From contig OZ024741.1 in the NCBI GenBank assembly GCA_964016885.1, positions 104,532,001-104,596,000 of the forward strand: 64,000 nucleotides of DNA, in the 5' to 3' direction. The notes under the pieces are model-generated. The model was not told the DNA's origin. It saw nothing but the letters and a program-made list of their open reading frames with translations, and did no database searches. Source of the DNA: Eledone cirrhosa (lineage: Eukaryota). Below, piece by piece: positions 25,185-37,865 of this stretch (positions within the stretch are counted from its first letter, which is position 1; the number at the start of each line of letters is the position of its first letter). Made by a program: the position numbers and the translations under genes.

Positions 25185-27326
25185 CACAGTTCTCAACCCA
25201 TTTAGGCCAAACGCCCCCTTTTGCCGCTCAAAATCACGAATCGCCTACTCTATTTTTTCATTTTTCAATATACTACTGATTTTGATATCAGTAGATTACT
25301 AAAAAATTGATAAACAACATTCCAAAGATACCATTGCAGGCAGTTGAGAGTGTAACAAATAACACTTCCTTCTCCAAGCTTAGATTCGAAACCGAATCTA
25401 GGAATTCTCGCTGTTCAAAATCACGACGACAGGCGCCAAAGAAAGGTTTTTTCTTTGTCCTGTCAAAAAGTGATTGATCGCCTCCCTTTGACCTACGACC
25501 TCAGCTAGGTCAAGCCAAAGTCAAATTGACCGAAGGACGTAGAAACCCTGTTGCGGTATGTCTATCATTCTAGCCACCGCAACATTATATATATGAGAGT
25601 CAAGGGAAATCCGAGACAGAAAGCTGGTCTGACACCGGACACAGAGAGACCTGGCAAAGCAAGCGTAATGAACTACTGTGTCAGATGAACTACACACACA
25701 CACTCACACAAACATATTCATTCTAACACACCAGTTCCACAAATGTATACTGGTTCTATTTTCTAACAGCTCGTATCAGTTGTCAACATTAACATTTTTG
25801 TATGTAGTAAAGCATGATGTGTACATAACCACAAATTAAGTTCCAGTGAAATAAATTATTTTTATAATGAATCCATTCACCTACTTGTTCATTTTTCCGG
25901 CATACACATGCCTTATCAATATTTCACCATTATACACACACAACCACTACAAGAGTATAAATACATTCCTTGAAAGGAAGTATATAAATTTAAAAAAAAG
26001 AAACATAAATGTTCTTTTTTATGAATAAGGACGAATTGAAATTGTTATATTCCCACCAGGTGATACCAGCTACTTTGAACATTTATACTAGAGCAACTCT
26101 GTCTATCACAAGAGTGCGCTTATCTGGAAGAAAGTGGCAATTATATCATTTTAAAGCTTTCCAATTTTCCCTTTAATGAAACGGACATAATAAATATTGA
26201 TATCTAACTTGATGTCCCCTTCACTTTGTGAGCTTAGAGACCACGGAAGAGGGTTTTCATGACCACGTAAGAGGGTATATTTATTAGTAAATGGTAAAAC
26301 ATTTACAACAAATGAGTAAATGAATTGTAGTAGATGGTTTCCAGTCCAGTCAGACTGCAACTACAAATAAAAATATTGTTAGTTTGCTTCGTAACAATAG
26401 CATATCCAAGTTTTCGGATAAATCGACTTACTTTAAATTTGACCTCATTTCAATGGGACCCTTGAGCTTCACGGAGTCTAGCTAACTCTTTGGCGTGAGG
26501 CTGAATTTTCGTAAACCTTTACCGGGGATCTCCACGTGTAATTTACATTATAGCAGTTGCGAAACAGACTGTGCTGTCTAGAAACAGCGCCAAACCCCCT
26601 CTTGACTAAGTATGAGCTAGGAAAAGGCAGAGTAAATCTCTTAGCCTCTGTACGTAAGAGTGGAAATTGATGCTCTTGCATCCAAAAAAGGGGTTCACCT
26701 ATTTTGGAAAATTTTATTTTGATAATGTCATCTGTCTGAAGTTCAATTAAATCTTCCTGAAATATAACGTCCAAATCATCGACATTAGCTATGAAGGGAT
26801 CTGCTATTCACATTGGGATATCCATCTGCAAAAGGTCGTCAAACTGTTCTCTCATGTCTTATAGCGTATGGAGGTGAGCAGTATAAATTTGGAGTTGGTC
26901 ATCGCTCACAATGTTTTGAACATTGGTGACACTAGGAAAATTATAGAATTCCCGTCAACAAAGATTCCTTTCGATGACATTCAATTTGGCCAGGAATGTT
27001 TTCACAGCATTCCTGCTTTAAGCAAAATGATCCTCTCCCCTTGCAAAGCCATAATTAGGCTATTGCATTTGTCGAAGATGTTGGCGAAGTAGGCGTAGTC
27101 TTGCCTCACATCCAGGGTTTTCTTGTACAGTTCTGTGTTGTGTCCTCGCAGAAACTTAATGATAGAGTCGAACTGTTCAAAGACCGAGTAAGGCACTTGC
27201 CCTTTGAAAGCCACCTCACTTCAGTATGAAGGAGCAACTCGACAAATTCTTCGTCATTATCTTGGTACAGTTGCCGGAAATTTCGTTCATTGAGGGCATG
27301 GCGTTTGATAAAATTGATGAAATCAT
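25185..27326 (-). mobile_element. hAT transposon 3' part, inverted paralogue of 5887-7384
   Basis: Near-identical reverse complement, with the same terminal repeat and the same flanking CTCTAGAC; interrupted by the 25351-25951 insertion. Confidence 0.88.
25351..25951. mobile_element. Solo-LTR-like insertion, 601 bp
   Basis: TGTA...TACA termini, 4-bp TSD AGAG (25347-25350, 25952-25955), absent at the paralogous site near 7224-7227. Confidence 0.75.
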
Positions 27327-27329
27327 AGA

Positions 27330-28720
27330 TATACTGCCCCAGGTCCCATTTCACTCGGTTCTTGGAAACCTCCCAACTGAGGATGAGGTTACACAAACCT
27401 TGAATCATCTCACCAATGAGAAAGCTCCTGCAGAGATTTACAAATCTGGCAGAATTAAGCTGTGTGGGATTAGGAAAAAATTCCCCAGAACTTCAAAGAT
27501 GCTTCTATCATCTATCTGTACAAGAGAAAAGGAAAAATCCAAATCTGTGACAACCACCCATGGCATCTCTCTACTTAAAACCTTAAGAAAGATCTACCAA
27601 AAAGCCAGCATAGCTTTAGACCTGGTCACAGCATAGTGGATATGAGCTTTGCAGCCTGTCAACTACAAGAAAAGTACCTGGAGTAGAATATGGGCTTATA
27701 CACCACTTTTGTGGATCTGAATAAAGCTTTCGACACTGTCTCTAGCAAAGGCCTATGGAAAATCCTGTCCAGAAAAGATTATCTCCATGGTCAGGCAATT
27801 TCATGAAGGGATGTTTGCATGTATACAAGTTGATGGTGAGTTGTCTGAACTCTTTTCAGTTACCAACAGAGTAAAACATGGCTGCATTTTAGCCTCTATA
27901 GTTTTCAGCATAGTATTCTGTGCTATACTTTTTGACACTTACAGAGACACCAACATAGATGTAGGTTTCAGATATATATTTGATGGAGGCAGTATCTTCA
28001 ACCCAAGCTGACTCAAGAGCAAGAGATATGTCAAGGAGGATACGGTTCAAGACTTTTTGTTTGCCAATGATTGTTCCCTCAATCACCATAAAAGGATAAA
28101 AACTGGCAGCACTCTTTTTAAAACAACAAACATTGATGGAGAAGTAGAGTACAAGGTCTACAGAGCTAGCTCTACATTTGGCAGACTCAAGGAAATAGCA
28201 TGGAACAGAAAAGGTATTAGTATTAAGACTAAGTTAAAGTCTACAAAGCTGTCATCCTGTCCAGTGAGACCTGGACAATGTACAATCATCATATCAGGGA
28301 GCTCAATTCATTCCAAATGAGATGCATGAAGAAAATTATGAAAGTCAAGCAAGAAGATGGAATTTCGGATACAGATGTGTTAAAGAAGGCAGAACTAGAA
28401 AGTATTCATGCTATCCTCAACTGAGCTGGGCAGGTCATGTGTGCTACATGAATGAAAACTGCCTACCAAAGAAGCTCTTTTATCAGGAACTCAAAAAGGG
28501 AAAACATTCTTAGGGAAAACCATAGAATGCTAAAAGGACTCTGTGAAAGAATGTCTCAAAAGCTGCGAAATCCAGCATGATGTGTGGGAACTTGCAGCTC
28601 AGGACAGATCCCTATGGAGGTCACTTATTCCCTCCAGTGTCAACAGCTATGAAGCAGAACAGGAAAAGGAAGTAAAAGAAAAACTGCAACTTCAAACCTT
28701 CAAATTGGCCAACAGCCTAG
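27330..28720 (+). mobile_element. Decayed RTE-clade LINE (RT and C-terminus)
   Basis: FVDLNKAFDTV, MVRQFHEGM, VTNRVKHGCIL, LFANDC, LSWAGHV, AQDRSLWR motifs with many disruptions. Confidence 0.8.
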
Positions 28721-28749
28721 CATTTCCTGCCATCATAGCCTTTGGCTAT

Positions 28750-29640
28750 TCTTCTTCTTCAACCACTTATTCTTGAGAGGGTTGTGAGAGCAGGTCCTGT
28801 CAGAAGCAACCATTTCCAATTGCTCTGGCTGGACCCCCAAGTGAGACCAACCAAGCTCATGGATCTTATTCAGTGATCTTGCTTGGGATCTACCCCTGGG
28901 TCTCCTGTCAGTTTGCTTGTAAAATCGCCAAGCAATTCTTTTCTGAGACATTCTAACTACATGCCCATAGTATTGGAATTGTGATCTCCCAATTTGGAGA
29001 AGTAGTGGCTCTACTTAGAGTGACTCTCTGATCTCTGAGCTACACACTCTATTAAGTAACATTACTCCAAAGAACCCCATTTTGGCCACTTGTATTCACG
29101 ATCATATTCTTTCAGTCATTACCCAAGATTCATAACCATAGGTAAGATAGCAAGTTTGGCTGTTGTATCTACCTCCCTTCTTCTGATTACCGAATGCTGA
29201 AGCTGGCGTATTACGGCACCAGTCCCTGCAATTTTTGCACTTAATCAGCCTCATGTCTTCCATCACTCATGAACACGGCCCCAAGATACTTGAACTTCTC
29301 CACCTGCTTCAGTGGAATTCCATCCACATGTAGAGTGCACTGCACAGGCTTCCTTGAGAAGATGAGGTGTCTTGGTTTTCGCAACACAGATTTTCATTCC
29401 AGCCATACAGCACTCGGCATCAAACCTATCAAGTGCAAGTCGGAGATCATCTTCTGTTGAGTTAGGTAATACCATGTTGTCTGCAAATTCCAACCAACTG
29501 ATTCTACACCTGCCAGTTGTGATACCACTTCCAGCCCAGCTGCGCATGTCAATCCTATTCATAAAAACAGGAGAGATGAGAGTATGCACCCTTGGCATGG
29601 TTAAGATAGCCCCATTTATCCGAACACAAATGCTCAGATG
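28750..29640 (-). mobile_element. RTE LINE 3' segment with (GAA)n tail
   Basis: EFADNMVL, VEKFKYLG, ASDRT motifs on the minus strand; same family as 870-1180. Confidence 0.8.
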
Positions 29641-29879
29641 TGCTTATCTGTAACTGCGAGGGTCCCCTTCCCTTCCTGCCCCTGTTATTCTCACAGAAGA
29701 AATCTCTGAGGCTGGGAAAATCTGAGGGTGTCCCCAATTCCGTTTTCAGAAAAGAAGGCAATTATAAGCATGTTTGGGGTCAGATTAGCTGAAAACATGA
29801 AAAAAAGCCTGGGAAACAAGAATTTTTTTCACGACACCCAGTGGGTGCTTTTCTATAAATTTAAATAGCTAAGAGGTGC

Positions 29880-30250
29880 ATCTGGGAGCGGAGACTAATC
29901 TCTCAGAGGCTGAGGTCACAAGAACAGTTAAAAAGCTCAAATGTGGCTAGGCTGCTGGGGATATAAAATCCAGCCAGAGATGTTAAAAGCCTCAAATACA
30001 GAATTTATTCTTTGGCTGACTTGTGTGTGCTGGATGTCTCTGGAAAAGCGCCTAAACAATGGCAATTGGGAGTGATAATTCCAATTTTCAAAAGGGAGAC
30101 AAAAGTGATTGCTCCAATTATAGAGGGATCTCCTTGTTAAGCCTTCCAAGTAAAGTCTATGCGAAGTGTCTGACAAAGAGATGTAGGGAGATTGTTGAGT
30201 TCAAGCTAGCTGAAGAACAGTGTGGTTTTTGCTCTAGACGCAGTACAACC
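29880..30250 (+). mobile_element. RTE LINE N-terminal RT segment, opposite orientation to 28750-29640
   Basis: KGDKSDCSNYRGISLLSLPSKVYAKCL...EEQCGF. Confidence 0.8.
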
Positions 30251-30896
30251 CTTGGCTATTCAAAGAGGGGAGTACATCAACTTAATTACTAGACATTTAC
30301 TTCCCCATGCCTGCCTGGGACAAATGGGCTATCACGCTAGGTCAGACAGGGGATGTTGAATTATTAATAACAAATGAAGATATATTTTTCAAGTTTTCTT
30401 ATTTCAAAATATAAATAAGTATATACATTGTTTATTGTTTAATAGAGAGTAAATGATCCCAAGTTGTTTTAATTGTAAATACAAAATACAATATTGAAAT
30501 ATAAAATTAAAACTGTATCCCACTAACATCCATTTTGGTAGTGGTGCTCCAGTATGGTCACATTGAATGCTTGGAACTAGTAAAAGTGTAAAAAAGTGAA
30601 TTGTAATTGAAAGTGACTCAATTACAGAACTGGAATGTCTTTAATAATATAAGTATAAATGATCAATTATAATATTTGATATCTCCTGCTTACACAAATA
30701 TAAAACAAAATAAAAAGAGCGATAGCCACAAACATGGACAAACCACATACACACACATGTAGACATATATATGTGTATATATAAAGTTAGGCTTAATTAA
30801 CATGTGTGCATTTATCATTGGCACCCACACAAAAAGATAACCATACATACATTTATTATTTATGAACTCATGCATATACAAACAGACAGACACACC

Positions 30897-30934
<38 letters not shown>

Positions 30935-31205
30935 TAGATAGATAAGGAGTGGTCTTCATCTGAGGTTTCTGGTTTGTAAGCATGCATATTTTCCAAATAT
31001 GTGCTTTATGATTATGTTTATAAGATTATTTAAAAAATTATTATTTTCACTCATTATATATTTAAGTATATATAAACCTGTATGTATTTCTATCTTTCTG
31101 TCTTTTAATCAAGCCATCGGTTTTTCTATAGTGTATCCAGCCATACGTCTCTGCCCATTTCCCGCCATGTCTATTTAACTATGTATGAATGTGTATACAT
31201 ACATA

Positions 31206-32061
31206 TGTGAGGTGTTTCAGAAAAGTAACAGGACTTAGCGTGCTGTGTGAGTTATAAGTGGGGTAGGGATTAGCAGGTTCTGTCACCGTGTGATGTAATA
31301 TCCAGGCAGTATATGACTGAGATCTCAGTTCTCTGCAGCCATTGTATTATTTTCATGTGCTGTTGTAAACAGTTCCTCAATTTTAGGCCATCAAGCAATG
31401 GGTACAGAGCAATGAACTGACCTGAAGTTTCTGATCTGGCTGGGAAAACCTCCATCAGAAACACTCAGAAGTGTACGAAAATGAGATGATGTGCTCATGG
31501 GTTTTTGAGTGGCACAAAAGGTTCAAAGAGGGATGTGGGGACATGTAATATGACCCCAGCAGCAGAAGGCCTTCAAGCCCCAGTACTGAGGCCAACATTG
31601 AACGCATGAGGTAGATGGTGTGTGGCGTCATTGGCTGGCTGTTTGACTGATCACAAGTGAGCTGGGCATGAACTGCAAAAGTGTTTGGAAGATTATCACC
31701 AAAAATTTGGGTATGCAGATGATCTGTGCGAAGATGGTGCCAAAGCTGCTGAACAATGACCAGAAGGACTGGCACAAGCCAGTGCGTCAGGACATCCTCG
31801 AGTGTCTTGAAACTGAACCAGACTTGCTGGGGAGAGTCATTACTGGTGATGAGTCATGTTTTCCAGACATGGAAGCCATCAAGATGGCTGTGATGATGGA
31901 GCTGCAGAGAATCCTTCCAAGAGTGCATGGAGGTGTGGTGGAGAAAGATGGAGAGTGCGTTAGACACAAGGGGAATTATTTTGAAGGGGGAAACTTGTAG
32001 CTTGCAGTTTGAATTTGAAATATTTTTTTGTAAACCCAGTCCTGTTTCTTTTTTTGACACA

Positions 32062-32064
<3 letters not shown>
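31206..32064 (+). mobile_element. Internally deleted mariner DNA transposon
   Basis: VFEWHKRFKEG, ICAKMVPKLL, VITGDES, KGNYFEG motifs; imperfect TIRs (gaggtgtttcagaaaagtaacaggact / agtcctgtttcttttttgacacacc) flanked by TA. Confidence 0.88.
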
Positions 32065-32098
<34 letters not shown>

Positions 32099-32389
32099 CA
32101 CACACATTATATATAGTAATAATAAATATAAAGACCAAAATCAAAAGAGGACTTAATAAGGGTCATACATATATATATATATCATCAATTCATCATCATT
32201 TCATTTTTACGTCCACTTTTCCCTGCTTGCAAGGGTGGGACGGGAACTGATTCTGGCTTGATTTCTACAGCTGGATACCCTTCCTAACACCAACCTCATT
32301 TACAGTGAGTGCTGGGTGCTTTTTTGTCGTGGCATCTCCATGACCACTTTGCAGTGGAATGATATGGACCACAGTTCCTATCATCTCAT

Positions 32390-33330
32390 TATAAATAAAT
32401 ACATAATGAAGCAGTACCAGGACGGATTCAATGGAATTCATTGTGGCTATGGTTATGGCTCAAGAAATGAAAAGGAATTGAGACTCCTAGGAGTCTCAAT
32501 TCCTTTTCATTTCTTGAGCCATAAACTATTTGCAACAAAAATTTCAGGAAACCAGCCAGTCACCTGATTTCATATCAATCAGGTAAACCCCAAAACAAAA
32601 TTGATTATTTACTTGTAAGATAACAAGACAAACAGAATGTAATAAATACTAAGGCCTTCCCTGGGGAAGAATGCACCACCCAAAACAAGTTCGGTATTAG
32701 TGACATCAAAATAAACACAAGACAAAACAAGATATGCAAGAAAATATGGAGATGGAAGGTTTGGAAGCTAAAGGACCTTTGGTTAAATATAGGTTTAGAA
32801 AGGCCTTACGGGATGCATTTGATGAGAGAAGTGACAAGCTAGATACCTATGGTGTAGAGGACAACTGGAAATTCCTGCATGACAACCTTTTGCAAACTAC
32901 TGATGAGACCTGTGGCTGGAGTAGCGCACCAGCCAGACAGAGGGTGACCTGGTGGTGGAACATCTCAGTGGATAGAGCCATCAAAGCTAAGGGACAAGCT
33001 AAGAAAAACTGGAAAATGGGGGTAGCAAAGACTGGTACCAGATAGCTAAGAGAGAAGCTAAATGACAGGTATACACAGCTCAGAGAGAGGCTGAAGAAAG
33101 AAAGTTTGCCAACATCTTGAGATGTGAGGATCAGAGATACGAAGTGTTCCACATTGCAAGGTAGTGTAGCAGTGTGAATTGTAATGTTATTGGGGAAAAG
33201 CATGTTAGAAATGACATTGGTAAATTCAGTACCACTGATGCTCAAAAGAAAGAGGCCTAGAGATGTTACTATGAGAGACTGATGAATGTAGAGTAGAAAT
33301 AGGAGGAAGAGAAACTACCTCCAACCTACC
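32390..33330 (+). mobile_element. Decayed RTE LINE (family of 44643-47322)
   Basis: GYGYGSRNE, TDETCGWS...VTWWWN motifs; disrupted. Confidence 0.75.
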
Positions 33331-34009
33331 CAACAAGATACTAGCACTGAACTCTTTTTTAATATCATGCAGACAGCATTGGTTTGGACATGTGAACAAT
33401 AGTTCACATGTCCAAACAAATGCAGTCTGCATGATATTAAAAAAAGAGCTCAGTGCGAGGATCTTTAATTTTTGGTAGACAGATGCCATGTGAACTCAGA
33501 GATTCAAAAAGTTTTCTAATTATTATACCCATTCCACTGGAGTGTGTAACAGACTTAGTTATTCCTGCTTTGTGCATCACATGAGGCTGTTGGAGAGCTC
33601 CATTGTCATCTGTCTTCTACCAGACTTTTGAAGTCATTCCATTTCTTGTTAACCAATCATATGTCTTTCTCTCCATTGTTTGCTTCCAGCTTATTTTGGG
33701 AGTGACCTCCTCATCTTATTTATTCTGCTTATACCAAATCAATAACTTAATTGATTTGTAATGCATATGAAAGATGACAGCTGCATAAAAGGAGCAGAGT
33801 GCTAAAAGTCGATGGAAGCCTTGGAGTGGGGAGACCCAAGAAGATTTGGGATAAGGTGATAAAAACTGATCTTGCCCGATTGCACCTCTCAAAGGCAATG
33901 ACACAGGACGAGACCTCTGGCGTTATGCAGTAATATAGAAGACCCAACTTCCTACGGGTACAAGCCGAAGCTGAAGCCTATAGACAGTATGCCTCCACCC
34001 GCTTCCACT

Positions 34010-34270
34010 GTAAAGTGGTTGTGTAGGTGTCACGACAAAAAAGCACCCAGTTCACACAGTAAAATGGTCGTGCAGTTGCCACGGTAAAAAGCACCCAGTA
34101 CTCACTGTAAATGAGGCTGGTGTTAGGAAGAGCATCCAGCTGTAGAAATCAAGCCAAAATCAGTTCTGTATGAGCAAGACATGGTCACCTGACCTGGCAT
34201 TGCCCACAACAGGACAACTCGTCTAACCCATGCTAGTGTGAAGAATGGATGTAAAACGGTGATGATGACA
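34010..34270 (+). mobile_element. SINE-like repeat of a second family
   Basis: aaaaagcacccagt...gttaggaagagcatccagctgtagaaa core recurs at about 39620-39715 and, inverted, at 32250-32330. Confidence 0.6.
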
Positions 34271-34714
34271 TATTTCCATGTTGTAACAAGAGGCATGGTG
34301 TTTAATGTCTGTGTTTGATCTGTGTTATTGTATGGAAGTGAGTATTAGGGTCCAGAGTTGAGGACAAATTGTGATTGGAGAGAAATGGAAATGCTATAGT
34401 TCACTGGATATGTGGATTCAAAATCTCAGAGGCATCAGTGTCATGCAGTGGAATCGGACTGAAGAGTCTCATGATTGAAAAGCATACTTCTTAACACCTT
34501 GGCTATGTTAGTGTACTGTGTATAAGAGAGAGAGAGAGAGAGAGGGGGAAAGAAAAGTGTGTGCGTGCGCGTATATGCCTTGTCATGTTATGTTGCTACC
34601 TCACACAAATTGTATTAATGAATCCCCTTTGTATTATGTATTATGATGATCTATTGGCAGGGACTTCCCCCAACAACCATGTATATTTTTAACATAGAGG
34701 AAACTAGACGAAGG

Positions 34715-35090
34715 AAACTATCACGAATACAAGCGGCCAAGTGGCCAAAATTGGGTTCCTCGTAAGTGTCTTTGGAGTAACATTACTCGATAGAGTGTGT
34801 AGCTCAGAGAGTCACTCCAGGTAGAGTCGCTACATCTGAGAATTGAGAGATCAGAGCTCCAATCCTATGGGCATGTGTTTAGAATGTCTTAGGAAAGAAT
34901 CGCTGGACAGATTTTACGGGCAAAACCAACCGGCAGGAGACTCAGAGCAAGATGGTTGGATAACATCCATGAGCTTGGCTGGTGAGTCAGATCAGTTGGA
35001 GAGGGTTGCTTCTGACAGGACCTGCTGGAAGGAGTGTTTGAAGACTCTGCCCCCAAGACCCTTTCAGGAATAAGTGGACAAAGAAGAAGG
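34715..35090 (+). mobile_element. RTE LINE 3' fragment
   Basis: Matches the reverse complement of 930-1180 and 28780-29100. Confidence 0.75.
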
Positions 35091-35586
35091 AAACCAAATA
35101 CATTCATTTTAAACACTTTCAATCCCTAAATAACACAAACACATTTTAGTTTTAAAAAGCCCCTTTTCACATATCTATGCTGTCTAATCAATTTAGATCG
35201 ATAGTAATTCTTATCACTTGAAACTGATCAAATAAACCAAAATTTAATTAACCTTTTTTCCCTCAGATTTCCACTCTTAATTCATTTTTCTGCCATGTCA
35301 ACCCCTTTCTTGAGGTAACATGCAGCATTCCCAAACTCCAATGAAAGTTTCTTCATAACAATAATTTACAGATAACCTCTCACATAGCCCAGAAAACCAT
35401 TTCAAAAATTTCATTGATCTGAAATTCCTATTATTATCATTATGTTCTCATCTATTACAACCTTAAGTATTTTCAAGCTTCCTATCAAATACAAGATGTC
35501 TTTTATGGAACAACACATCAAAGACTCCACACACATGGACAAATTTCTTTAAGTGATGCCCATATTAAACCTGTCTCTAATGTATT

Positions 35587-35897
35587 TCACTTGATGATTT
35601 TTATCTGGTAACGGACTTGTGGCATTTGTTCATATCTTTTAGCACTAAATATATAATTTCCTTTGTATTCATCCCGTGTTCTGTTGAAATACCATTCAGA
35701 AAGACATGTAAGTGTTATTGGCATGAAAGTCTGTTCAAATTTGTTGCCAAATAGTTTCAATGAATTTGTTAAATCTTTCAGATCACCGGGACCAAAAACA
35801 CAGACGGATCGTAACCATTTTCCATGGCAACTGTTTGGGTTAACATTTTTCCAAAGTTTATATCTTGAAATGAAAGGTTTTTTATGAATTGGGGTCC
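35587..35897 (-). CDS. GT14 core-2/I-branching GlcNAc-transferase (GCNT-like), last coding exon
   Basis: Acceptor ttttttctacag; phase 1 matches the previous donor; SRYKLW...CHGKWLRSVCVFGPGDL...LFGNKF...CL motifs; TGA at 35587-35589. Confidence 0.92.
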
Positions 35898-36125
35898 CTG
35901 TAGAAAAAAACAAAACATAAGTTTTATAAACATTCAAGTCAATAAAGAATTTCAAAGTAGAAACACGAAAAGAAAAAAAATGTATTTGATTATTTGAAAG
36001 TTTCAAATTAAAAATCAAAGCAAATATTAGATAGTAAAATTTAGGTTTGTTTCAAAATTCATAAACTAAAACAATCATGGGCTATTTTGTTGTGGTTGTT
36101 TAACACAATATCTATCTGTTTAACA

Positions 36126-36245
36126 TATCTGTGGTTGAGCAGATCTGTTTAACATATCTGTGGTTGAGCAGATCTGTTTAACATATCTGTGGTTGAGCAG
36201 ATCTGTTTAACATATCTGTGGTTGAGCAGATCTGTTTAACATATC
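36126..36245. repeat. 29-bp minisatellite, left part (4 perfect units)
   Basis: TATCTGTGGTTGAGCAGATCTGTTTAACA x4. Confidence 0.95.
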
Positions 36246-36246
36246 C

Positions 36247-37124
36247 ATCGGTGGAGAATCCACCTCATCATTCTATAGAGGGCTGGTGGCTAGCAGGGGC
36301 GATGACACCCTTGGAGAGTCGCTGGACATGGAGGAAGACGAACTGGCCAGCCTGTTCGGTAGGACTTTCGGCCCAGGACCAATGGACAACTTCCAGAAGT
36401 CACTGGCCTGGCAGTGCTACCGAGGGGCTCTACCCGTTCGAGAGAGGCTCTACAGACACGGGCGCCCGGGCAGGGATCCCTCAAAAAAGATTTGCCCTAG
36501 ATGCGTGCGTCACGAAGAAACCGTGGCGCACGCATTGGTGCAATGTCCGGGCGTGGCTGATCTGTGGGGCTACGCCGAACAACTGCTGTCGCGGGTGGCG
36601 CCGATTAAATTGACCGCCGAGTCCGTGATGACAATCAAACCGCCTCCCCTCTTCACAAAGGAAGCAAAGGCGGTTTTTCTGTGCGTAATAGCCATGTTGA
36701 AAGAGGTTGTTTGGTGGACACGATTGAAAGGTCTGAGGTCAGGCAACTTCCTCTCTGGCCATAGTCTGGTCTACTTCTTCCGATATCACTTCGGAAGAAG
36801 GATAAGAATGGAGAGAGAGGTGCTTGGCCACAGGCAGTTTTATGAAAGGTGGGTGATAGTGGCGAGAATGGCTCGTGTAAATGGGCCTTCTCTGTATACC
36901 ATCCTGTAGGTAAAGAAGTAAAGGAGAGGGGAGCACCTTCTCCATGTGCTCCCCGGGCAAAGGATTGCACACTTTTTCGGGGGTGTGTGCAACCCCCATC
37001 ACGTCCCCTCCCTTTTGAGGTTATTTTCGATTATTTTCATGTTACACCCTTTTTACTCGATTATATGTAAACTCCCCCTTTGTATTTGTCCCTTCTTTTT
37101 ATGCCTTTATGGTAAATAAAGAAA
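36247..37124 (+). mobile_element. 5'-truncated Tx1 element, second lineage
   Basis: Open ORF2 C-terminus (GPGPMDNFQKSLAW, CPRCVRHEETVAHALVQC), distinct 3'UTR, ends AATAAAGAAA. Confidence 0.9.
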
Positions 37125-37142
37125 TCTATCTATGATTAAGCA

Positions 37143-37686
37143 GATCCAGTTGACCACCGAGTCCATTGTCATGATCAAACCGCCACCCTCCTTCAAAAAC
37201 GAAGGAGAGGCGGTTTTCCTTTGTGTGATAGCTATGGCGAAAGAGGTTGTATGGTGGACAAGGTTGAAAGGGCTGAGGTCAGACACCTTTCTCTCCGGCC
37301 AACAACTGATTCTTTTTTTCAAATACCACTTTGGAAGAAGAATCAGGATGGAGAGAGAGGTGCTGTACCCCAGCAAGTTTTATGAAAGGTGGGTGAAAGT
37401 GGCGAGAATGGCCCGAGTGAATGGGCCTTCTCTCTATATCAGCCTGTAGGTTGAGGAAAAGGAGGAGGAGAGGAAAGGAGTACAAGCTCTTCGTACTCCT
37501 GGAGATGAGGGTTGCACATTTTTTTCGGGGGTCTGTGTTACCCATATAAACTGTCTCCCTCTATTGGGGAAAATCGACTAACTTTTAAATTCCATCTGTG
37601 ATAACATTTTACACGTTTTTATTGTATGTAAACTTCCCCCTTTGTATTTGTCCCCTTCTTTTGTGCCCCTGTGGCTAATAAAGAAA
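37143..37686 (+). mobile_element. Second 5'-truncated Tx1 element with ~20-bp TSD
   Basis: ORF2 end ...RVNGPSLYISL*; TATCTATGATTAAGCAGATC on both sides. Confidence 0.9.
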
Positions 37687-37865
37687 TATATCTATGATTA
37701 AGCAGATCTGTTTAATACATTATCTGTGATTAAGCAGATCTGTTTAATACATTATCTGTGATTGAGCAAATCTGTTCAAAACAATATCTATGACTGAGCA
37801 GATGTGTTTAACATATCTGTGATTAAGCAGATCTATTTAACACAAAACAGTTATAACTGAGCAGG
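37687..37865. repeat. 29-32 bp minisatellite, right part (degenerate units)
   Basis: tatct(a/g)tgatt(a/g)agcagatctgtttaa units continue the 36126 array. Confidence 0.9.

Noticed and set aside
5715-27326. One giant composite hAT transposon carrying the Tx1 array
   Set aside because: Both hAT pieces are the same 3' end facing inward with the same flank; no outward TIR pair or outer TSD is visible.
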